From an uncultured virus (IMG/VR IMGVR_UViG_3300030099_006113) (taxonomy: Duplodnaviria; Heunggongvirae; Uroviricota; Caudoviricetes): DNA of 64,000 nucleotides. Position 1 is the first letter of the stretch. Each line of letters begins with the position of its first letter. Below are positions 46,561-56,469 of this stretch, piece after piece. The stretch spans positions 1 to 64,000 of the IMG/VR virus record IMGVR_UViG_3300030099_006113, one strand, 5' to 3'. The notes under the pieces were generated by a model. The model was not told the DNA's origin. It was given only the letters and a program-made list of their open reading frames with translations, and did no database searches. The translations under genes were made by a program, and so were the position numbers.

Positions 46561-46877
46561 CAGAATACCCACAAGTCTACGGTCACAGTGCCGCTAGCAG
46601 TAAGCAATAATGTTGTGCTTGGGTTATCGTTTGTGTCTTGAAGATCAAAAACATGCTGAGCAGCATTTCGCCTTACAACAATATAACCGTTGATATTTCT
46701 TCCAAGACTATGGGAAACAATAGAAGTTGTTCCAGGGGAAAGGCTTTGGTTTTTAATTAGCTGGCCATCAATAATAAGAGAATCTGCAATAGGAAGTATT
46801 GCATCCTCAATTCGCTCTTGCACCCTGTTTAAAGTTTCATCAGGGGTTGAAAATCTTTCAAATCTTCTAAGAGCCAT
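46560..46877 (-). CDS. Small tail protein (phage B)
   Basis: Homolog of 10069..10380. Confidence 0.7.
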   Translation of the reverse strand: MALRRFERFSTPDETLNRVQERIEDAILPIADSLIIDGQLIKNQSLSPGTTSIVSHSLGRNINGYIVVRRNAAQHVFDLQDTNDNPSTTLLLTASGTVTVDLWVF

Positions 46878-46881
46878 AACC

Positions 46882-47169
46882 CTACCACTTTACTTTATGT
46901 GACCAATACCTTGCGCTCAGTTTACTTGGGTTGCTGTCCTGTGCATTGTGCCTTGCATAGTAAGATTTTTTTCTGGCTTTATCTTTTGCTGTTTTTGGGT
47001 TCTTGCCAGCACCACGCACACCCTGCTGCCCAAATCGAATTGTTTTAACCTTATCGCCAACCTTTGCCACAACAACATGAGACTTTGTTTTATGACCAGG
47101 AGTTCTTTTGGGCTTGTTGTATCCGCTCACTCCAGCTCTAGCCAAACGCGGATCTTTTTTTTTCGCCAT
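46882..47169 (-). CDS. Small basic protein (DUF5754-like)
   Basis: MAKKKDPRLARAGV...KTIRFG...YARH...ARYWS. Confidence 0.7.
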   Translation of the reverse strand: MAKKKDPRLARAGVSGYNKPKRTPGHKTKSHVVVAKVGDKVKTIRFGQQGVRGAGKNPKTAKDKARKKSYYARHNAQDSNPSKLSARYWSHKVKW

Positions 47170-47861
47170 TAGTAACTCCAACGAGAAGCGGGAAGAATGC
47201 CTGTTGTTTCATCTGTAATGCCAAATGGTTCAGCTGCATCTCTGTTACTTGCGGCGTTTTCAATTCTAGCAGTAATTCTACTAAGCTCGCGCTCAAATGG
47301 CGATGTAGATGTTTCTTCTTTCTGAAGCATTTTCATTGCCGCAACAATCACTGCATACTCTTCCCAGTTCAAAGCAATTGATGAAGACACTGAATCAGAG
47401 TCGGATGAAAGCTTTTGAAAAGAAGGCACATAATGGATTGTAATAGAATCGGTGCTGTTTGGAGTAGGAATAAAAACAACGTTATCGCCACGAATAGAAT
47501 ATTCATAAGCGGCATATCCCCTGTTATTATACAGAACGTCATTATAAGCGTATTTGTTTCTGTCCGGAAATGAGAATCTTTTAACTCGCACTATGTCGTT
47601 ACCATAAGAGGCATCAACCCCAATAACCTTGTAAAAGTCATCAAGTCCTATTGAGTTAAATGAATACTCACCAGTGCCAGATGTTAGAGAAAAGGACACA
47701 GAGCTGATGTAGTAATCTTCAAACTTCATAACCAAAAGGTCATGCAGTTCACCAAGTCCTGTGTTGATGTAATCATTGATCTCAGAATCAGTGAAAAAAT
47801 TGTTACCTACAGCATCGGCTCTTTGCCTTGCTCGGGTCCTTAACTCTAACAGTGTAGACAT
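47169..47861 (-). CDS. Head-tail adaptor (phage B)
   Basis: Homolog of 10380..11120. Confidence 0.7.
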   Translation of the reverse strand: MSTLLELRTRARQRADAVGNNFFTDSEINDYINTGLGELHDLLVMKFEDYYISSVSFSLTSGTGEYSFNSIGLDDFYKVIGVDASYGNDIVRVKRFSFPDRNKYAYNDVLYNNRGYAAYEYSIRGDNVVFIPTPNSTDSITIHYVPSFQKLSSDSDSVSSSIALNWEEYAVIVAAMKMLQKEETSTSPFERELSRITARIENAASNRDAAEPFGITDETTGILPASRWSY

Positions 47862-48091
47862 TATTCGTCCTTTTCAAGTCCGCCCATTGAACTCATTAGA
47901 TGAATATCAATTGCGTCCTTTAGAGCATCTGCAAACATAGAAGCATCTTCTGACTTAGCCGCAGACATTGCTGCCTGGGCTGCATTCATAAATGCCTCGT
48001 CTGCTGAGTCCATAGACTCAGATTCTTCAGACGGTCCTTCTTCTGGTTTGCCGCCACCAAGAATGACAGCAACAGATGACTTCGGTTTCAT
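47861..48091 (-). CDS. Small acidic protein (phage B)
   Basis: Likely start MKPKSS with SD AGGAG; homolog of 11152..11349. Confidence 0.55.
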   Translation of the reverse strand: MKPKSSVAVILGGGKPEEGPSEESESMDSADEAFMNAAQAAMSAAKSEDASMFADALKDAIDIHLMSSMGGLEKDE

Positions 48092-48138
48092 AGCTGCTCC
48101 TGTTGGATCAGGGGGCATAGCCCCCGTTTCCAAATCAA

Positions 48139-48483
48139 TCACGCATCACCGCGTGTAAGGACAAGAAGAAAATAGAAAGGAACTGCCTGGGCAGTTGTTC
48201 CATCACCATCATATGTTTGAAATGCTACAGTTGCTCCTGCCGCAGAAGCAGGAAAAGCGCTAACTGCGTCAACAACACCAATTACATCGCCACTTGTATG
48301 AAGCGGTGTAATTTGAGCAGAAAGAAGTCCATTGTACTCACGGTCAAGCGTAAGCGTATAAAGACTAGTTCCTGACAAGGCTACTGAAAATCCACTGCCA
48401 GCAGTAACAGATCCATCAGCAGCAATAGTACCAGCAATAACTTCAATGTTATCGCTTTCAGAACTCATATTAGGAAAACCCAT
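48139..48483 (-). CDS. Putative capsid decoration protein (phage B)
   Basis: Homolog of 11360..11728; start MGFPN with SD AAGGAG. Confidence 0.55.
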   Translation of the reverse strand: MGFPNMSSESDNIEVIAGTIAADGSVTAGSGFSVALSGTSLYTLTLDREYNGLLSAQITPLHTSGDVIGVVDAVSAFPASAAGATVAFQTYDGDGTTAQAVPFYFLLVLTRGDA

Positions 48484-48494
48484 AACTACTCTCC

Positions 48495-49736
48495 TTATGC
48501 CAGCGCAATGCGGCAGTTGTAACCAGGAGCCTTGCAAAGCAAGTTTCCGTAGTAACCCCAGCGGTACTCAACACCATCTTCGTTTGCCTGCCGGATACCA
48601 GTGAGGCCATCCATATCAAGCATACGAGGAGCAGAGCCAAGGGACTTAAATTCCCAAGTATCAAGCTGAAGCAAGTAAGCTACATTGATTGGGCAGTTAT
48701 GATCTGCATAACACTCAACCATTCCAGTTGGAGTAGCAACGCTAAGGCTTGAGAAACCAAATGATGCAGAGTCTTCACCAGCGCCATAGCGACGGCGATG
48801 ATTTGCACCAGCAACAGCAGCACGGCCTTCGAGGTCAAGCGCAAGCTCAGCCCAGTCTGTTGGGTTCATAAACAAAGCATCAGGACGGCCACCTTCACGA
48901 GCAACCTTAACGCCTGCTTTAATAATAGTGTCCATCATGCTGCTTGAAAAACTCTCACGCTGACCACCAAGGCGGGTGCTATCAAGAGTTCTATCAACAC
49001 CAAAAAATGAATCAGATGTAACAGTAGCAGGCAGCCAAGCATCAAGACCGGCAAGCTTAATGTTTGATCCACCATTTGCAGCATCACCCTCAACATAAAG
49101 AAAATCATCCGCTGAAAGGCTTGGAATTGCAGTTGTTCCAGCAATGCTCGTAGTCAATACATCATTGTCTCGGTCAACAGCAGTAACTTCAAGCACTCCG
49201 CTATAAAGAGCGCTACCATCAGTTGCACTTGCCTTTAGTCGCATGCCAACTTCAAAGTTAATTGCATGACCAGCAACAAGCTCAATGCTTGTATTGCCAA
49301 GGCTTGGACTTGCATGGATTTGACCAATAGAGCCAGTGCCACTGCGGTAGATATCTCGTCCCATTGTTCGGGCAAGAGCATGGAGCGCAGAGTCAGTCTT
49401 TGCTTTTGCTACATCAAGGAGAGATCCTTCATTACCATCAGCAGCAAGCAACGTTTCGTTGTCTACACTAACGATTGAATAATCTTTTACTCGAGTAACA
49501 ACAAAATCTTCAATCTTTGTTCCACCACGGTTGTTTTGAGCTGTTGCAAAGCTAGCGCTTCGACCTGTAGTAAGGCCATATTCAACAGCATACGTAGCGT
49601 TTCGCCCTGGAAAACTAGTGTTTTTAGGGATCATCGCAAAAGCTGGGTTGTTTTTGTAAACAAGATTTTCCACCTTCTTATACGGGTACATGTGCTTCAT
49701 GGCCGCATCGAAGTTGGTCAAGTTAAAGGAAGCCAT
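48495..49736 (-). CDS. Major capsid protein (phage B)
   Basis: Homolog of 11755..12984. Confidence 0.85.
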   Translation of the reverse strand: MASFNLTNFDAAMKHMYPYKKVENLVYKNNPAFAMIPKNTSFPGRNATYAVEYGLTTGRSASFATAQNNRGGTKIEDFVVTRVKDYSIVSVDNETLLAADGNEGSLLDVAKAKTDSALHALARTMGRDIYRSGTGSIGQIHASPSLGNTSIELVAGHAINFEVGMRLKASATDGSALYSGVLEVTAVDRDNDVLTTSIAGTTAIPSLSADDFLYVEGDAANGGSNIKLAGLDAWLPATVTSDSFFGVDRTLDSTRLGGQRESFSSSMMDTIIKAGVKVAREGGRPDALFMNPTDWAELALDLEGRAAVAGANHRRRYGAGEDSASFGFSSLSVATPTGMVECYADHNCPINVAYLLQLDTWEFKSLGSAPRMLDMDGLTGIRQANEDGVEYRWGYYGNLLCKAPGYNCRIALA

Positions 49737-49751
49737 TGCTTCACTCCTTTT

Positions 49752-50654
49752 TTAGCTGAACAGCTTGCCTTTATACATTTCGCGGATTTGCTCGTAAGAC
49801 ATATCCTCAACAGCTGTTCTAGTTGGTTGTTCTTTCCATGAGGAGGACAGGGTGGCTTGTGGTCCCTTCACTTGTTGACTTGCTAGTCCTGGATTGTATC
49901 GCTTGAATTTTTCAATAACTGCTGGGTCATTGTAAAACTCTGTTTCATTCTTCTTTAGTGCTGTTTCTAGCTTTGAAAAAGCCTGCTCAAGCGTAAGCTG
50001 TTCACCAGTATCTCGATAATGTTCTCCCATGCCTTGAGCAATTTCTTGAGCACTTAGAGATTCCGTTACAAGAGGATAAGACTCTGCGTTGCTGCTTCTG
50101 AAATTATCAACGTTTGAAACGAACTTATTGATAGCGGCTTGTTGCTTTTGTTTTTCTGCTCTTAGCGTTTCTTGCTTTTCTTTTTCAGCTAACTGAGTTT
50201 TCAGTTTAGCTAGCTCCATCTGAGTCTTTTCGATTTTTACTGAGTCTGAGTCTTGAATGGCTCCCTCAAGCGCAGACTCTGCAAGCATCCTTTGAAAGTT
50301 TAGCGGATCAATTCCTTGTTCCTTGAGATACTTGTTTGGGTTTGAGCGAAGAAGCTCTTGGTTTTGAGCGGCTTTTTCAGCCTGGCTCTGAGCGTTCCTT
50401 AGCTCAATTTCTTTCTTTTTAAGCTCAATCTCATGTGCTCTTTTTTGTCGGTCATATTTAACCTTGTCGAGAAACTCTTTTCTTTTCTCACTGACAGGCT
50501 CCTCAGCACTTTCTTCAACTTGCTGAGCTTCTTGGGCAACAGGCTCTGAAGTTTCTTCTGAGAAAATATTAAAGCTTTCTGGTGCTGCTTCACCCATTGT
50601 TTGGGGTGCAACTGGCTGCTTGCTAGTACTTGTTGTTTCTACTGCTTCAGACAT
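49752..50654 (-). CDS. Scaffolding protein (phage B)
   Basis: Coiled-coil between portal and MCP. Confidence 0.7.
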   Translation of the reverse strand: MSEAVETTSTSKQPVAPQTMGEAAPESFNIFSEETSEPVAQEAQQVEESAEEPVSEKRKEFLDKVKYDRQKRAHEIELKKKEIELRNAQSQAEKAAQNQELLRSNPNKYLKEQGIDPLNFQRMLAESALEGAIQDSDSVKIEKTQMELAKLKTQLAEKEKQETLRAEKQKQQAAINKFVSNVDNFRSSNAESYPLVTESLSAQEIAQGMGEHYRDTGEQLTLEQAFSKLETALKKNETEFYNDPAVIEKFKRYNPGLASQQVKGPQATLSSSWKEQPTRTAVEDMSYEQIREMYKGKLFS

Positions 50655-50663
50655 TCAAATCTC

Positions 50664-52487
50664 CTAGATAGGTAATCCACCTGGTGGCATGCCTGGTGGT
50701 AAAGCTGGCGATCCAGGGGCTCCTCCCATTGGAGCAGCTCCAGGCATCGGTTGTGGTGGTTGCGCCATTTGAATCAAAGCTTCTGCTTGAGAAATCCATC
50801 GCCTAAGTAGCTCTAGTCTTTCTTCAGGTACCTGGTTTAAGATTGCCAGGTTATATGCTTGTTGAAATCGGACAATTCCATACTCAAGATTCATGTATGG
50901 CTCAGGTGACACAAAGTTTCCGTTTTCAACCATTTCCTCAATGGCCATATCAAGCACTTCGATATGGGCATTTTTAAGCTTGTTTGCTCTTTCAAGATCA
51001 GGAAAATCTAAAAGCCTATGAGCTTCTTCTTTTGTGAACAATCCATTCTGAGTCATCTCAGTAACAGATGCTAGCTTTGCTGCTGGGGTCTGAGGCAATG
51101 AGCCAATTGGTTTGATTTGCATGACATACTGATCTTCATCGAGATCTACATCACCCCATGAAATTTTATCTAAACCAGACTTAGAATCAAAACTCATGGA
51201 TGTGTAAGGAGAGCCTGGACTGTGAAGGTCCCTTACAAGATCAATAATTTTTTCTGCTGTTTTTATGAAAAGGCTCTCATACGATTGGCCAACAACCATA
51301 AAACGCTCTGACTCAATGTCTGAAAACTCTCTAAGAGCTCGGCCAGATTCAAGACCCGCTGGCTTTTTAGATTGAGCAGAAAGCTGAGAAATGCCTGTCA
51401 TCTCATAAGCACGGGCAACAAGTCGGTCTAGGTGTGCAAACATCTCACCAGAAACAGCCCTGGGCACAAAAAACTGAGGAGGGCTACCCCTGTATTTTAT
51501 TGCTCCCCAAACTCTATTGTTTAAATGAGACTGCACAATCCTACTAGTGTCTTCAATAAACACCTTGGGAGTTGCTAGGTGCATTTGCTCTTGGATCCTA
51601 GCAAGGAGCTTATTAATCTCTACCTGAATACCTTTTACTTCCTTTGCCAGGCCATTACCCCAGAAAGAATTAGGGTCTTCAGTCCAACGAACAAAGACAA
51701 AAGGAAAATGGTGCTTCTCATATTCACCATCATAAAGAGTCACGTTTTCAGTGCATATAACGTGTCTGCCGTCTTTTGCTTCTGGCCCAGAGGGCAAGTG
51801 CCAAGCCTCATGGCAAAACACCATATCATTGTCTCGAGTATTATCACTGTAGCTATCGTTCTGAGACTCAATGACTTCCATCAGAATCTCTTCCCTTTTA
51901 TCCGGGAACATCTCAGCTAAAACATGCTTTGAGACTTTTTTAGTCTGGAACATCTGCCGGGGCATTGAGCCAAACTCAGACTCATAATGATCAATTGTGA
52001 TCTCATGAAGAGGGACACGCTCAATCTTTACTTTGCCAAACTCAGAGAAAACCTTAAGAATTCCTGTTCCAGTAATGCATGAATCAAGAAAACATTTTTG
52101 AGCTAATGGATAAATATCAAGAGAGTAAAATTGTCCCTGTATAAACTTGTTAAAGTTCTTTGCTTTTTTCTTCTGAGAGAAATCACCGCCTTCAGTTAAA
52201 AAACTAATTGCAGGTTTATGCTTTGCAATCTTGGCAGTAGCAGCCTGGCATATAGAGTGGATAATGTTAAAAGTAAGTCGAGGTTGACGCATCATGGCAT
52301 AACCAGTTGATGCAATGTATCCCTTGTAACTTACAGGCTGGCCATTATAGAGGCCTGAGTGAGTTGCAGCTTCAGAGTAAAAAGATTCCTGCTCCTCTCT
52401 TAATACAGAGATAAAGCTGGAGATTTGATCGGCTGGCTCACTATCTGCCTGCCACCAAAACTTATTATCGTATACTCCGTAGCTCAT
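50664..52487 (-). CDS. Portal protein (phage B)
   Basis: Shares GIQVEINKLL..IQEQMHLATPKVF and SKKPAGLESG with the phage A portal. Confidence 0.85.
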   Translation of the reverse strand: MSYGVYDNKFWWQADSEPADQISSFISVLREEQESFYSEAATHSGLYNGQPVSYKGYIASTGYAMMRQPRLTFNIIHSICQAATAKIAKHKPAISFLTEGGDFSQKKKAKNFNKFIQGQFYSLDIYPLAQKCFLDSCITGTGILKVFSEFGKVKIERVPLHEITIDHYESEFGSMPRQMFQTKKVSKHVLAEMFPDKREEILMEVIESQNDSYSDNTRDNDMVFCHEAWHLPSGPEAKDGRHVICTENVTLYDGEYEKHHFPFVFVRWTEDPNSFWGNGLAKEVKGIQVEINKLLARIQEQMHLATPKVFIEDTSRIVQSHLNNRVWGAIKYRGSPPQFFVPRAVSGEMFAHLDRLVARAYEMTGISQLSAQSKKPAGLESGRALREFSDIESERFMVVGQSYESLFIKTAEKIIDLVRDLHSPGSPYTSMSFDSKSGLDKISWGDVDLDEDQYVMQIKPIGSLPQTPAAKLASVTEMTQNGLFTKEEAHRLLDFPDLERANKLKNAHIEVLDMAIEEMVENGNFVSPEPYMNLEYGIVRFQQAYNLAILNQVPEERLELLRRWISQAEALIQMAQPPQPMPGAAPMGGAPGSPALPPGMPPGGLPI

Positions 52488-52750
52488 GAGTTATTAGCAC
52501 TCCAGTAAAGGTAATCCTCTTCCGTAAAACCAAGGTCGTCTTTAGATTCATCGCTTATCTTCTTTTGCTGTGCTGCGTCATAGTTAGAGAAGTTAAACTC
52601 TTTTGGCTGCTCTTCGGCTGCTTTAAGGAAATCCATATTGGGCGCAAATTGAATCTCAATTTCCGAGTCCTTGTATTTGGCAACATTATGCTCTGAAAGC
52701 ATTTTTAACATACTTTTCAGTTTTTTTGTAGAAGGACTATTTTCACTCAT
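52484..52750 (-). CDS. Small conserved protein between terL and portal (phage B)
   Basis: Homolog of 15694..15891. Confidence 0.55.
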   Translation of the reverse strand: MSENSPSTKKLKSMLKMLSEHNVAKYKDSEIEIQFAPNMDFLKAAEEQPKEFNFSNYDAAQQKKISDESKDDLGFTEEDYLYWSANNS

Positions 52751-52757
52751 TTTTTCC

Positions 52758-54254
52758 TCAGTTTACCCACAGATCTTCTTCTGAAATCCCAATTCCCCAT
52801 AGATCTGGATCATACTTATCCTGGCTGTCTCTCTCAAGAAGATTATCAGCAATACGCTCCTCAAGCTGCTTGAAGTAATCTTTTGTACCCACTTCGGGTC
52901 CCGATCCCTCATATTCATGTAGAAAGTGACGACTTTCTGTCCAAGCATAAAGAGCGGCATCCGAAAGGTGATTATCAAACCTTCTATCTTCTGCTGTTCT
53001 TGATTTGTTGTACTGTAGCTTGTCCCACTCTTTTAGCAGGTCCATTCCACTGGCTACTTTGATTACACCGTTCTTGATGTCTGAGTTCATGAGTTTAATC
53101 ATGCCCATTTTGTCGGATGACTTTTTGGCTGGCTTAATTGGTAGCCCAGAGCGCTCTTTGAATGTCTCAAGCAACATTCTTGATGAACCACCGCCAGTAT
53201 CCATTACAATGGAAGAGAAATCATAATCGCCCATAAATGCGTGGATTTTTTCTTCAACCTCAGAAGTCAGCATCTTGGTTTGCTTGTATTCATCAATGAA
53301 GAAAAGGAATGGATGATCTGGTGACCAAGCAGCGACGACAAAGGCGGTAGCATCATGGTAACCGAGGTCGATACCGAGGACGAACTCCCAGTCATTACTT
53401 TCGGGAGTATCCTCAAGCAAGTTGTCCTCAGAGTACTCGTAGACGATATCTTGGTCGTTTCTTACCCAGAGTCCCAAGTACTCGCGCTTATAGGAGGAAT
53501 CAGTTGGGTCAAGAACCCCACTTTTGATGTCAGCCTCTATGGATCTGACAGCGTGCGCCATGTAGGGATTATTTTTAACTGTCCACCTGTGAACTGAAAA
53601 GCTGTATTTATCCTTTTCAGTAATGTCATAAAAAAATCCTGAACAAGAACTATTAGGCGTAGAAATTAAAACCAGTGCGCCGTCTCTATCAAGCAAAGCA
53701 GGAGTTAAAACTTCGTTTACGAGCTCGCGTAAGTTGATGTTAAAAAAAGCAGCTTCATCAAGAACAGCCAAGGAAAATGCTGCACCGCGTAATTTATCCA
53801 CGTCACTTGCATCGTTGGCACCAGTAAAAAGAATCTGAGATCCATTAGGAAAGGTAGCTACAAGGTCTGCATTATTAAACTTAATACCAATCCTAAATCT
53901 TTGGTTAGCCTCCTTAAGGGAAGCCCACAAAATCCTTTTAGCCGCCTCTCTTGTCCTAGCAATGTAGACACACATGGTGCCTTCGTTCTCAAGGGCCTCT
54001 TTGATTAAATAACGCCCTGCAGCATAACTCTTTCCACTTCTTCGACTGCATATAGCAGCCTTCCTCTTTGAAGGGTCGTTAATGAAATCAAGCTGCTCTT
54101 TAAACAAGTTACGAGTCATGTTGAGCATTCGGCTATGCTCAGATCTTCGCTGGGCTTTGTTCTTAGAGGGACCGGTATGGCCAGACCTGGACACAAAAGC
54201 CTCATAAAGCTCTCGACTAGTAAGGCTAATCGTTGGCAGCTTGGTCTTAGCCAT
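52758..54254 (-). CDS. terL: Terminase large subunit (phage B)
   Basis: CSRRSGKS, VLDEAA, GIDLG, HLSDAALY. Confidence 0.95.
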   Translation of the reverse strand: MAKTKLPTISLTSRELYEAFVSRSGHTGPSKNKAQRRSEHSRMLNMTRNLFKEQLDFINDPSKRKAAICSRRSGKSYAAGRYLIKEALENEGTMCVYIARTREAAKRILWASLKEANQRFRIGIKFNNADLVATFPNGSQILFTGANDASDVDKLRGAAFSLAVLDEAAFFNINLRELVNEVLTPALLDRDGALVLISTPNSSCSGFFYDITEKDKYSFSVHRWTVKNNPYMAHAVRSIEADIKSGVLDPTDSSYKREYLGLWVRNDQDIVYEYSEDNLLEDTPESNDWEFVLGIDLGYHDATAFVVAAWSPDHPFLFFIDEYKQTKMLTSEVEEKIHAFMGDYDFSSIVMDTGGGSSRMLLETFKERSGLPIKPAKKSSDKMGMIKLMNSDIKNGVIKVASGMDLLKEWDKLQYNKSRTAEDRRFDNHLSDAALYAWTESRHFLHEYEGSGPEVGTKDYFKQLEERIADNLLERDSQDKYDPDLWGIGISEEDLWVN

Positions 54255-54705
54255 AAGCAACTCTTTGCTCTTCAGGCGAAGACATAAGCTCAAATATAAA
54301 AGCAGGAAGAAGACTACTTACAAAACGAGTGTGCCATTTAGACCGAGCATCCATTTTCTGCATATGAAAGGACCAATAAGAGCAAAAAACAGGGTTATCT
54401 CTATTACGCACTGTGTCAGGGTATACCTCATTGAGCATTTCACTGCCAATACCATTACCTCTGAAGCTTTTTTTAACAAAAAGAAAGTGCAGTAATTTTG
54501 TTTCTTCTATCTGGCCATAGGCAATCCAGCCTAAAATATGGTCAGCATCGTCTCGGTCGCAGTAAATAAGGACTTTTTCGTCCTCAATAACTTTATCAAT
54601 GAGGTGCCTAGTCATAGCAGTTACTGCTTTTGTGGGGCATTTCACAGATCTAATCCACGAATCATAGACAAAATCGTGGTCAATGGGTCTGATTCCTCTA
54701 ATCAT
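54247..54705 (-). CDS. GNAT-like acetyltransferase (phage B)
   Basis: FLFVKKSFRGNGIG. Confidence 0.65.
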   Translation of the reverse strand: MIRGIRPIDHDFVYDSWIRSVKCPTKAVTAMTRHLIDKVIEDEKVLIYCDRDDADHILGWIAYGQIEETKLLHFLFVKKSFRGNGIGSEMLNEVYPDTVRNRDNPVFCSYWSFHMQKMDARSKWHTRFVSSLLPAFIFELMSSPEEQRVAYG

Positions 54706-55030
54706 TGCTTGCCTTCCTTTCCCGAAGTGCCTTTTTCACGAGCTTTTCCAGCTCTTCATTCGACATCTTAGCAATAGCATCAGACTTTAATTGCGATTCA
54801 ATCTCTAACAATCGCTTTAAACCCCCGAAACAACTGTCTAATTTCTGCATATCTTTATTATCTAGCTCGCCATTATTGTCTACCTTGTCTTTTAAAAGGG
54901 ATATCTGGCTTTCTGTTATGTGAAATAAATCATCCCAAAGCTTATGCTTGTCTCTTGATTGAACAATCTGAGGCTTCTGCCCCATTACGCTGTAGGAACC
55001 AGTGGCTCTAGTCTTTTTTGTAGCTGTCAT
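54698..55030 (-). CDS. Terminase small subunit candidate (phage B)
   Basis: Helical; homolog of 17922..18272. Confidence 0.45.
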   Translation of the reverse strand: MTATKKTRATGSYSVMGQKPQIVQSRDKHKLWDDLFHITESQISLLKDKVDNNGELDNKDMQKLDSCFGGLKRLLEIESQLKSDAIAKMSNEELEKLVKKALRERKASND

Positions 55031-55639
55031 AAGAAAAGATTAGACGATGATTTGATCTACAGGCAAGTCAAAGCTAGAATACAAAGACCCCACAGCTACG
55101 GAGTAGACGCCAGTGACCCAACGGGTCACCCTTTAGGCGGACACGCAACCCTTGTCGCCCTTCTGTCCGTTTCGTACCTAACGATAAGACATTACCCAGT
55201 TGGATATCGGCAAGGGCAACGGGCGTAGCTCACCGTTGCAGCACAATATAGGTATCCAATCCTACGGGCTTTTTAGGTCAATCCGAGGGGGGGTGCTTGA
55301 GGGATCTCGATAACGCACTGCGATAAACGAAAATTAGGCAAAAATTCGTAGAGGGTATTTAACACTCTATTGACTTTGCTCTCTGGGGGGTACCCCCTGA
55401 CTATATTGCACTGTAACCGGCAGTAGCGGATGTCCACTGTCATTCCTTGGGCCGTCAGACCTCCGCTCATCGCTCGGCCTGGTCGCTCCGCGAGTGAATT
55501 ACACCTCACGAAAATAAACAACTTTCCCATGTTTTCCCTGTATTCCTTGGTATTTTAACCTTTCGTACAGATCAAAACAGTTCGGTTAATTCACAAAAGG
55601 TGCCCGGATACGTTCGTCACTTCCCACCCTCCCACCCTA

Positions 55640-56400
55640 CGGCGTGCGTTGCCCTCACGATGCCTCCGGCGGCGCCTACCCGGCGGGGGCAAACGTGCGA
55701 CGTTTGATCCGACACCCCCGCCCCCTAGAGAACCTGCGACTCTCGAGCAGGACTACCGACGCTCCCGAAGCCATTGAGTACAATGTCTCCGACAGCTTAC
55801 GAGTCCTGCACTCGGCCACACGTTCTCTCCACCGCAAGTCCGAGAACCTTGGCAATGTTCTTCGCGGGATCTGCATGCCTCATTAGTCGATAGGCCCGCT
55901 CAATGGACTAACGACGCCTGAGTACAGGCTTACGAGTCCATGGGCAGCTACCTGCATCTCTCCGGGATACTATCAAGCTGAATTACCCGCTAGAATCAGA
56001 GCCACTAACGACGCCTCCGGCTTACGAGTGGCCCTAGATTCGCTACCAGCTCAGAACACTCCGGGCAGGCGAGTACGCCCGCCTTGCCTCGGAATCGGAC
56101 GTAGGGTTGTGACAGGAAGGTCTAATCCTACACTCCTGTGCTCTATCTATCTCTATCTCTCGAATTAATCGGCGTGAGTCTACCAGCCGTCGTCGGGCGG
56201 TAAAGGACGGGCGAGTACGCCCGCCAGCCTCTGCGAATAGACACAAAAGATACGGAGTACCGTACTTTTGCATCGATTCTTGATTCTGGTTAACGAAGGC
56301 CCACACGACTGCTTGGCTGAGTACAGCCAATCAGGCGCTTAATCGGGCCTTCTAATCCTTGACCGTCCTCCTCCGTCTGGGTCTGCAAGGCCTCACTTAA
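55640..56400. ncRNA. Candidate large structured non-coding element (RNA or ssDNA)
   Basis: Six hairpins with G-AGTA-C loops and three T-AMCGAC...TTACG-A internal-loop motifs, all with different complementary stems. Confidence 0.6.
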
Positions 56401-56469
56401 TTCAAGAAGAAATCGTAAAAAACATAAACAAAACTTACGGTTTCGTAACACTCAAAAAAGGAAGACAAC

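Noticed and set aside
55273..56330. Short ORFs over the structured region (55273..55530, 55644..55886, 55676..55876, 56043..56330)
   Set aside because: No clear SD, no recognisable motifs, and they overlap on both strands. Better explained by GC-rich structured non-coding DNA.
55740..56340. CRISPR array or mini-array
   Set aside because: The repeats share loops rather than full sequence, spacing is irregular, and no cas operon is present. The Cas4-like gene is an ordinary phage exonuclease.
55030..56400. Known self-cleaving ribozyme, tRNA or retron msr-msd
   Set aside because: No hammerhead CUGANGA/GAAA arrangement, twister core or cloverleaf was recognised, and no reverse transcriptase lies in the window.
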